In this document: positions 56,216 through 64,000 of the stretch, in pieces
Layout: every line of letters begins with the position of its first letter
Position numbering within the stretch: position 1 is the first letter of the stretch
Source: a virus
Direction: 5' to 3' (one strand)
Virus record (IMG/VR): IMGVR_UViG_3300037245_000888
Span: 1-64,000 of that record
Length of the DNA: 64,000 bases
Made by a program: the position numbers and the translations under genes
The notes under the pieces: model-generated
The model's database searches: none
Seen by the model: the letters and a program-made list of their open reading frames with translations, nothing else
What the model was told of the DNA's origin: nothing

Positions 56216-56981
56216 GGAGAAATAAGATGAAATACGAAATTACCTATAAATACACAAGCACAAGGATTTCTACAGTGGAGGCTGATAACGAGGAAGAGGC
56301 AATTAAAAAGTTTAACGATGGGCATATCTTAGAGGACTCAGAAGAAGATTGTGAAGATAGTGTTTTTCAAGATATTAAGAAAATATAAGGAGGATCACAA
56401 GTGAAAACTAAAAAGCAAATTAGAAAACAGATTAGAGAATTAAAATTAGATCAGAAAAACTTAGGATTAAAAACTGATCGTCGGCTTTGGGGAAGTAAAA
56501 TGAAACAAATTACTGAGTTATCTCCCAGAGATATGGATAAATTTAGCTCTATACAACTTGAGATTGATGTGTTAAGATGGGTAATGAGGGAGGAGAAATA
56601 GATGAAAAAAGAAGACTTTAAAGAGATGTTAAAAGAATGCTTAAAGGAGTTAATAGAAGATGGCACCTTGGCATTTTATAAAGGTGACTATACTGGTGAG
56701 TCAAAAATATATTTAAATGACGAACCTATTGGAAGTATTGATGTGTTACTAAGACGAACATAAGACAATAAGGAGGCTCAAATGATTAAAAAGTTTGTCG
56801 TAAGATTCTTAGAATCAATGGTGGACAAATGTAATTCTGAGATGGAAATTTTAGAAATGGAAGGAAGATCTAACAGTATAAAATACTCTAATGAATGGTT
56901 GGATGAGATGCATAATCTTGAAACAAAGAAGAAACAATCGTTGCAACATGTTATTAGACTATTAAAATAAAGGAGGCTTAA

Positions 56982-57572
56982 ATGGCACATGGTAACAATA
57001 GGGTTGATATAGATGGATATACTTTTCTATCACCCTCTGAAGGACGATTTTATTTAAAAGTTAAAAGAGCAAAAGAAAATGGTGTCATATTAGATTTTGA
57101 AATCGCACCAAAGTATGAGCTACAACCAAAGTTTACAGATTGGAGAGGTAAGAAAATTGATTCAATTGATCATTATCCAGATTTCTTTATTACTCGATTA
57201 GATGGAAGTCAATATATTATTGATACTAAAGGTGGATCATTTCATGAAAAAGATGCTGTTCTAAAACGTAAAATGTGGTTATATAAGAATCAAGGTATCC
57301 CATATTATTATGCTTCAGAAATACCAAAGTTTCTTGGAAAAGTGTGGTGTGAAACAAGCACTGGAAATAACTTTGAAAAGAAGCTCAAAGATTTATATTA
57401 TAAAATATTACATCCAGATATTAAAAGAGCAACAGCTACATCTCCACAAATAAGAAAATCAGAAATTGATGAATACTTTGATTGGGAATGTCTAGATGGA
57501 CTGTTTAACAGGATGATTAAGAAGTACACTAAAAAAGAACGTGAGAAAATGGCTAAGGAAAAGGAGAAATAA
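56982..57572 (+). CDS. DUF1064-like PD-(D/E)XK endonuclease
   Basis: DGY.F.S..E..FY, YELQP.F, YPDF, IDTKG. Confidence 0.75.
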   Translation: MAHGNNRVDIDGYTFLSPSEGRFYLKVKRAKENGVILDFEIAPKYELQPKFTDWRGKKIDSIDHYPDFFITRLDGSQYIIDTKGGSFHEKDAVLKRKMWLYKNQGIPYYYASEIPKFLGKVWCETSTGNNFEKKLKDLYYKILHPDIKRATATSPQIRKSEIDEYFDWECLDGLFNRMIKKYTKKEREKMAKEKEK

Positions 57573-59067
57573 TAATGAAAGATAATTTAAGTAAAGCAAT
57601 ATTTTTAAAGCATGAAACTGATGAAACTGGATATCCTATAATCGGATATGAATATGTAAAACAATTCCACGATAATGCAAAACAAGCATTCCCAGACAAT
57701 GTAATATTTTCATATTTTGGATTTGATATTCATGTCTTGGAAGGAACAGATTTAATTAAAGTTGAAAGTTTAGAAGAGATCAAAGATATATTAAATCAGA
57801 AATTAGAAGATATTAAAGTTAATAGTTTAAAGGTTGAAGTATCTGAATAAGTGTGGTATTATTGATTAGTAAGATATGTTGTGAACCAAACTAAGATTAT
57901 AAAAGGAGATTAAAAAGATGACAGGAAAGAAAATTGATTTAGAAAATGTAGAAGCGGTTGATGTTGATTTTGAAGAGGTAGTTGAAACTGAAGGTGATAC
58001 TCCGGTAGAAGTTAAGCCAGAAGAGAAACCAAAATTAACATTAGAGGAACAAGTTGTTAGTTTAGAAGGCAAAATTGAAGAAGTTAAAAGATATCAAAGT
58101 TTCTTGAGTTTAGTTAAGATGGCTGGAGTTGGTTTCAGATATGAACTTCCGAGTAAAGATGACAGATCAGTTATGACATTGAATGTTGTAGTTAAGAAAA
58201 CTAAAACTGGTCATATGGATGTTGAGAAATATGAGATTGATGGTAGAAATGAAGATGGTACTGGTATTCAAGGTAAGTGGTTAGGTAAAGAGAGATTGAC
58301 TGGTACAGCTTTCGACATGGGTGAGCAGCAAGCTAAAATGTATTTACAAATGTTTGAGAGTCAACTTGAGTTAGTTAAGAGTGAGATCAGTGGTGAGACT
58401 GTTGATGGGGTTAAGGTTGAAAGAGGATTGAGAGCCAAGACAGGAGTATTAGATGAGAAAATTTAAAGTTATTAAACAATTTGGAAGATGTGGCGTAGGA
58501 GATATTGTTAATGAAGATTATATTTATACTCATTTTAATAACCACCGTGGTATATCTTGGACTGGAAACATAGAAGACTTCAATAGTATTCTTTTAGGTA
58601 AGATAGAAGAAGTTTTTGAATTTGTACCTGTTAAACCACAAACATTCACAACTTTAGAAATGATTGCTGACTGGAAAGATAGTGAATTTACTAAAGAGTA
58701 TCAGATATTAGATAGTAAAGATCATGATAATTGGGTTGGAGCCAATGATACTTATGGATGGCTATGTTGGAAAAGAGACTTTGATGATAGATTTCCTATG
58801 TGCGAGTCAAATTTAAATGATATTTGGATTGAAAAAGTTGAACCAAAACCTGAATACATCAAATTTTCTGATTGGGAAGATGGTGTTTGGTATTTTACAG
58901 AAGGAGCGTCAAGCTGTCATATGACGAAGGATAGTATTGTATATTATTCTGGTAAAGAATTAATTATAGAATATGGAGATGATGTTAAATTGGATAAAAG
59001 TCAAATTAGCTACAATCAATTAACTGGATTTAAATGGATTAAGTTTGAAATATAAGGAGAATAAAAT

Positions 59068-59667
59068 ATGAGTGTAGTTGTAGCAATTAAAGATGATGAT
59101 AAAGTATGGATGGCTTGTGATAGTCAAGTTTCTCAGGGTTACAGTAAAATGACACTGACTAACAGTAATAACTATAAAATAGTAAGACCTAAAAATGAAA
59201 AGAATACATTGGTTGGTATCGTTGGTAATTTAAAATTACAAAACGCTATGAAAATACAAGATTCATTTATAGATGAATTGATTGTGCTTAAAGGTGAATT
59301 TAATTTTAAAGAAATGTTTACTAAGGTCATGCCAAAGATATTTGAAATAGCTAAAAAGTATGGTGTGTCTGAAAAAGCAAAAGATCAAGACAGCGTTTAT
59401 CTTAACGGAGTGATAATATTTGCCCATAAAGATATGTTATTTAAATTGGACTCTGATGGGTGTGTAACAGAGGTTGACGACTATATTGCTACTGGTAGTG
59501 GTGGTAGATTATCTACTGGTTATTTAAATCAATTAGATAATACTGAGAGCAAAAGAGATAGTATAATCAAAGCTGTTAAGGCTGCTTGTCAAACAGATTT
59601 ATATGTAAATTATCCAATTATTGTTACAAATACTATGGATGATGAGTTTATTGTTATTAATAAATAG
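59068..59667 (+). CDS. HslV/proteasome-beta-like Ntn hydrolase
   Basis: (M)SVVVAI...ACDSQ...KI...GIVG...ATGSG...A...D. Confidence 0.78.
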   Translation: MSVVVAIKDDDKVWMACDSQVSQGYSKMTLTNSNNYKIVRPKNEKNTLVGIVGNLKLQNAMKIQDSFIDELIVLKGEFNFKEMFTKVMPKIFEIAKKYGVSEKAKDQDSVYLNGVIIFAHKDMLFKLDSDGCVTEVDDYIATGSGGRLSTGYLNQLDNTESKRDSIIKAVKAACQTDLYVNYPIIVTNTMDDEFIVINK

Positions 59668-59709
59668 GACATAATTAGGACATAATAAGACACAATAGGA
59701 GGAACGTGA

Positions 59710-61821
59710 ATGGAAAAGGTAATTGAGAATGGAATTGTGGTTAAGAGAGATGGATCAGAAGTGCAATATGATGGAAGTAAGATTATAGATGCTATAGACA
59801 AGGCATTTTCAGCATGTAATAAAAAAGAGAGTGCTGTATCGAGAACAATAGAACAAGAAGTTAGATCTGAAGTTGGATTAAAATCAACCATTAACGAAAT
59901 TCAAAATTTAGTAGAGTCTAAAATTATGCAGTATGGTCAGCATAAAGATGTGTCTAAAGCATTTATTATTTACAGATACAAACACACACAAGATAGAATT
60001 ATTGAAGACAAAAGATTATTCATCGAAGACTACAAAGAAGCTAAGAATGCATCTAGTGGCAGTAAGTATGACTCAAATGCAAATGTTGAGAATAAAAATA
60101 TCGCTACTCTAAGTGGTGAATTAAATAAGAAGGAAAACATTTTATTAAATAGAAAGCTTCTTACAAACAAAATTACTCAACTTTATGGAAAAGATTTAGC
60201 TGATGAATATATCAGACAATTAAATGATCATGAGATTTATAAACATGATGAAACATCTATTAAACCATATTGTGTAAGTATTAGTATGTATCCATTTTTA
60301 AGAAACGGTTTAAAGGATTTGGGTGGATTATCAGAAGCACCAACACATCTACAATCATTCAATGGATCATTTATCAATCTAGTGTTTGCTGTAGCCTCTC
60401 AATTTGCTGGAGCTGTAGCAACACCGGAATACTTAATGTATATGGACTACTTTATCAGAAACGACTATGGAAATGAGTATTACTTAGATTCAAACAGAGT
60501 AGTTGATATGTCATCAAGACAAAGAACAATTGAAAAAGTAATAGAAGATTCATTCCAGCAAGTAGTATATAGTATGAATCAACCAGCAGCGGCTAGAGAC
60601 TACCAATCTGTATTTTGGAACATAGGCTACTTTGATAGTCACTATTTTAAAAGCATGTTTGAGACATTTAGATTTCCTGATGGATCAGAACCACAGTGGG
60701 AATCATTAAACTGGCTACAAAAGAAATTTATGAAGTGGTTTAACAAGGAGAGAACTAAAACTCCATTGACATTCCCTGTGGAGACAATGGCATTACTGAC
60801 TGAGGATAACGATGTTAGAGACAAAGAGTACGCAGAATTTACGTCTGAGATGTTCTCTGAAGGACATTCCTTCTTTGTATATATGTCAGATAGTGCAGAT
60901 AGCTTGAGTTCTTGCTGTAGACTTAGAAATGAGATTGCATCAAATGATTTCTCATTCTCGTTGGGTGCCGGAGGAGTAGCAACTGGATCTAAATCTGTTA
61001 TGACTATGAATGTAAATAGATTAGTTCAAAATGCTGTGAATAAAGGTGTTGGTATATCAGATGCAATAAGAGAGCAAACATTAAAGATTCATAAGTATCA
61101 AACAGCCTATAATGAAATTATGAAAGAAAACTTTGAAGCAAAATTGTTACCTGTTTATAATGCAGGATATATATTCTTAGAAAAACAATACTTAACAATT
61201 GGTGTAAATGGAGTTGTTGAGAGTGCTGAGTTTATGGGTATTGACATTAGTGTTAATGATGAGTATCAGGAATATATTAATACTATTCTTAAGCCCATTT
61301 ATGAAGAGAACTTAAATGCAAAGTTAAACAGTGATGAATTAATGTTTAATACAGAATTTGTTCCAGCTGAAAACTTAGGTGTAAAACATGCCAATTGGGA
61401 TAGACAAGATGGATATTTTGTACCAAGAGATGTTTACAATTCATATTTCTATGTAGTTGAAGATGAAAAAATAAATCTAATCGATAAGATTAAATTACAT
61501 GGTAAAGACTCTGTTCAATTTTTAGATGGAGGATCAGCTTTACATGCAAACTTAGATGAACATTTAACGAAAGACCAATACAGAATATTATTGAAAGTTG
61601 CTGCTCAACAAGGTTGTAATTATTTTACTTTTAATATACCAAATACAATCTGTAATGAATGTAATCACATCAGTAAAAATAAACTTACAAAATGTGAAAA
61701 ATGTGGTTCAGAAAATTTAGATTACTTAACTAGAGTTATTGGTTATTTAAAAAGAGTATCTAGTTTTAGTGTGCCAAGACAAAAAGAAGAAGGTGAAAGA
61801 TATTATGGTAACTTACGATAA
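59710..61821 (+). CDS. nrdD: class III anaerobic ribonucleoside-triphosphate reductase
   Basis: ATP cone VVKRDG, finger loop SCCRL, PAEN, CxxC..CxxC, RVIGY glycyl-radical motif. Confidence 0.95.
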   Translation: MEKVIENGIVVKRDGSEVQYDGSKIIDAIDKAFSACNKKESAVSRTIEQEVRSEVGLKSTINEIQNLVESKIMQYGQHKDVSKAFIIYRYKHTQDRIIEDKRLFIEDYKEAKNASSGSKYDSNANVENKNIATLSGELNKKENILLNRKLLTNKITQLYGKDLADEYIRQLNDHEIYKHDETSIKPYCVSISMYPFLRNGLKDLGGLSEAPTHLQSFNGSFINLVFAVASQFAGAVATPEYLMYMDYFIRNDYGNEYYLDSNRVVDMSSRQRTIEKVIEDSFQQVVYSMNQPAAARDYQSVFWNIGYFDSHYFKSMFETFRFPDGSEPQWESLNWLQKKFMKWFNKERTKTPLTFPVETMALLTEDNDVRDKEYAEFTSEMFSEGHSFFVYMSDSADSLSSCCRLRNEIASNDFSFSLGAGGVATGSKSVMTMNVNRLVQNAVNKGVGISDAIREQTLKIHKYQTAYNEIMKENFEAKLLPVYNAGYIFLEKQYLTIGVNGVVESAEFMGIDISVNDEYQEYINTILKPIYEENLNAKLNSDELMFNTEFVPAENLGVKHANWDRQDGYFVPRDVYNSYFYVVEDEKINLIDKIKLHGKDSVQFLDGGSALHANLDEHLTKDQYRILLKVAAQQGCNYFTFNIPNTICNECNHISKNKLTKCEKCGSENLDYLTRVIGYLKRVSSFSVPRQKEEGERYYGNLR

Positions 61822-62257
61822 GTATGATATAGTATTTCAAGAGATTCCTAATGAGGTTTCTCTTGCCTTTACTTTAAAAGGATGTCCGAATAAGTGTGCT
61901 GGTTGTCATAGCACTCATCTCAGAGATAATAATGGACATAAATTGACAATTGATTCTCTTAGAATAATATTAGAGAAATATAAAGATTCGATAACTACTG
62001 TCTTGTTTCTTGGAGGAGACGCTAATCACAATGAGTTAATACCATTATTCAAGGAGATCAGAAAACATGGCTTAAAGTCTGCATTCTATAGTGGGTTTGA
62101 TTATTTTAATATCAGTCTACTTAATTATTTAGACTATTATAAGGCAGGAAGATATATTAGGGATCTTGGAGGACTAAATAGTAAGACAACAAATCAAAGG
62201 ATATCAGAAATTCGTGATGGTAAAATTATAGATATAACTAGAAAGTTTTGGAAATAA
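61805..62257 (+). CDS. nrdG: anaerobic RNR activating radical-SAM protein
   Basis: CPNKCAGCH (CxxxCxxC), LGGD, TTNQR; overlaps the nrdD stop. Confidence 0.93.
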   Translation: MVTYDKYDIVFQEIPNEVSLAFTLKGCPNKCAGCHSTHLRDNNGHKLTIDSLRIILEKYKDSITTVLFLGGDANHNELIPLFKEIRKHGLKSAFYSGFDYFNISLLNYLDYYKAGRYIRDLGGLNSKTTNQRISEIRDGKIIDITRKFWK

Positions 62258-62287
62258 ATTAGAAAACTAAAAGGAGAGTAAAACGAT

Positions 62288-63064
62288 ATGAGTAATAAAA
62301 ATAAAATAACATCAATCACAGATTTAAAGGTGGGAGATACTGTTAGACTTAGGGATGATTTAGAAATTGATGGAGATTATGAAGCTGGCATGATTCAAGA
62401 AATATTCACAAGAAAAGGAAAAGATGTGAAAATATGGGGATTCAGCTGTACTAATTTACCTTATTTTATATGTAATAGTGAATATCCCTCTGAAGGTAGT
62501 TATATATTCTTATCAGATGACATTATTGATTGGGATAAAACCAATGGTGTCGAAGAAGAACCAATCACAACAAGAGGATTTGAGTTTATATCACAGCAGC
62601 AATGGAATAAATCGCTCCCACAAGACGTTGACTTAGAACAATGGGCTTTACTATACATTGACCTAAAACTACCGAAGAGAGGCACTAAACGGTCAGCAGG
62701 ATATGATGTATTTTCACCATTTACTTTTACATTGGAACCAAATGAAGATATTAAAATTCCAACAGGCACAAAAGCATATATGTTAGAAGATGAGCAACTT
62801 GTAGGTCATATTAGATCAAGTCTAGGATTTAAGAAATATATTAGATTGGCAAATCAAACATTCATTGGTGACGCAGATTATTATAATAATCCAGACAATG
62901 AAGGTCATTGGTTTATCAAGATTAGAAATGAAGGTGATAAGCCTATTACAATTGAAAAAGGAATGGCTTTTGCCCAATTAATATTCCAAAAGTTTTTATT
63001 AGTTGACGGTGATAATTTTACCGAAGGTGAAGATAGAGTTGGTGGAATTGGAAGTACTGATTAA
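62288..63064 (+). CDS. dut: trimeric dUTPase with an extra ~90-aa N-terminal domain
   Basis: SAGYD, RSSLG, DADYY, AQLIF, RVGGIGST. Confidence 0.9.
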   Translation: MSNKNKITSITDLKVGDTVRLRDDLEIDGDYEAGMIQEIFTRKGKDVKIWGFSCTNLPYFICNSEYPSEGSYIFLSDDIIDWDKTNGVEEEPITTRGFEFISQQQWNKSLPQDVDLEQWALLYIDLKLPKRGTKRSAGYDVFSPFTFTLEPNEDIKIPTGTKAYMLEDEQLVGHIRSSLGFKKYIRLANQTFIGDADYYNNPDNEGHWFIKIRNEGDKPITIEKGMAFAQLIFQKFLLVDGDNFTEGEDRVGGIGSTD

Positions 63065-63272
63065 AAGGAGAGTGATCACAAATGGATAATAACAACATTA
63101 CTCAAGGCCAATCCAATGTAACATATCTTCAATCTCTCCGTCCTAAATGTACATCATGTAATCAACCAATGGTATTCGAGGTAGAATCAGGAATCTTCGT
63201 ATGTTTGGAACCGGATTGTGAAGATGATTAAATGGTAAACTAGATAAATATTAATTAAATTGAATAAAGTGC

Positions 63273-63324
63273 TTGACATAAATTGCCTTCCGTGATATTA
63301 TTATGATATTGGAAGGCAATTTAT
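63273..63324 (+). promoter_or_regulatory. sigma-A promoter whose -10 lies in the loop of a perfect 14-bp inverted repeat
   Basis: TTGACA-17-TATTAT; ATAAATTGCCTTCC (63278-63291) / GGAAGGCAATTTAT (63311-63324). Confidence 0.75.
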
Positions 63325-63356
63325 ATTTAAACTAAACGATTAAAAGGAGAAAACAA

Positions 63357-64000
63357 ATGAAAGAAATTAGAATTATGGATTGGACAGACTTCAGTGGATC
63401 AACACAGGATTATATTACCCACTGTATGCCAATTATTAAAGAAGGTAGACACCCTATGGTGATTGTTATTGAGGATAAGATAACTAGAATATCTCATGCA
63501 GACGAAGCAATGGGAGCAGTAATATTAGACGTTCAAGTTGTCTCAATTAAGACAGGAGAATTATATCTTACCTGTAGTAGATTCCTAAAACCATATAAGT
63601 TTAATGTAGAAAAAGACTTGTTAGATGTGATGTGTAATTTACACCATAGTGTTAATTTTATATTGAAAGCATTACAATTGAAAGTTGTTAGTGGTATAGA
63701 AGAACCTAAACATGATGATAGATTTGCTTCTTTAGCTTATTATATGAATGTTGGATTCTCAGACAAAGAATCTCAGATTTTAGCTGATAGAGTGGATAAA
63801 TTAATGGCGCAACATATACATGAACAATTCATTAAAAATTTACTTAATCCGGTTTATGTTATTAATACTAATCCAATATTTCAATTTGAAAGTGATTATG
63901 TATTACCGAAAATGAGAATGCCTCATATGTATATAGGCTGTATTTTACCACAACTATCAAGAAAATCAATCAATGGTGTTAAATTAGGATATAGATGGAT
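63357..64000 (+). CDS. hypothetical protein, truncated by the window end
   Basis: AAAAGGAG RBS; frame open to the edge (MKEIRIMDWTDFSGST...). Confidence 0.75.
   Translation, partial: MKEIRIMDWTDFSGSTQDYITHCMPIIKEGRHPMVIVIEDKITRISHADEAMGAVILDVQVVSIKTGELYLTCSRFLKPYKFNVEKDLLDVMCNLHHSVNFILKALQLKVVSGIEEPKHDDRFASLAYYMNVGFSDKESQILADRVDKLMAQHIHEQFIKNLLNPVYVINTNPIFQFESDYVLPKMRMPHMYIGCILPQLSRKSINGVKLGYRW

Noticed and set aside
42236-61821. Inteins or introns in DnaB, DnaE or NrdD
   Set aside because: ORFs are continuous and of ordinary length, with no splice-junction or homing-endonuclease motifs seen
1-64000. tRNA genes, alternative genetic code, and the many short antisense ORFs within long genes
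   Set aside because: No cloverleaf recognised by eye (a tRNA scan would be decisive); conserved genes read intact in code 11; antisense ORFs lack RBSs and overlap well-supported genes

Overview
AT-rich segment of a large tailed phage of an anaerobic Firmicute (Bacillota), judged from strong AGGAGG ribosome-binding sites, sigma-A TTGACA-17-TAnnnT promoters, and NrdDG, SleB-like and DnaE genes. No virion genes are in the window. Layout: (i) 0.7-16.4 kb, a dense + strand array of small hypothetical genes; (ii) 16.45-18.6 kb, a non-coding block where an almost C-free tract flips abruptly to a G-poor tract near 17.51 kb, with a dif-like site and phased repeats; (iii) 18.6-25.1 kb, a - strand cluster of small early-type genes, including very acidic proteins, whose first transcript carries a boxA-like element, three long hairpins and a type II hammerhead ribozyme; (iv) 25.3-26.8 kb, a non-coding block with about 11 DnaA boxes in opposing orientations; (v) 26.9-64 kb, + strand accessory, nucleotide-metabolism and SPbeta-like replication genes (peptide deformylase, SleB-like hydrolase, Gmk, HAD, tyrosine recombinase, LigA, SSB-like, AAA, DnaB, primase, Cas4-like nuclease, DnaE, RecD2, nuclease-UvrD fusion, RNAP alpha-CTD mimic, HslV-like protein, NrdDG, dUTPase). 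The most striking candidate system is the 17.5-26.6 kb module, which resembles a T5/SPO1-type first-injected terminal region with its own RNA-processing signals and a DnaA-box array. Functional interpretations are inference from motif recognition by eye; no database searches were run.
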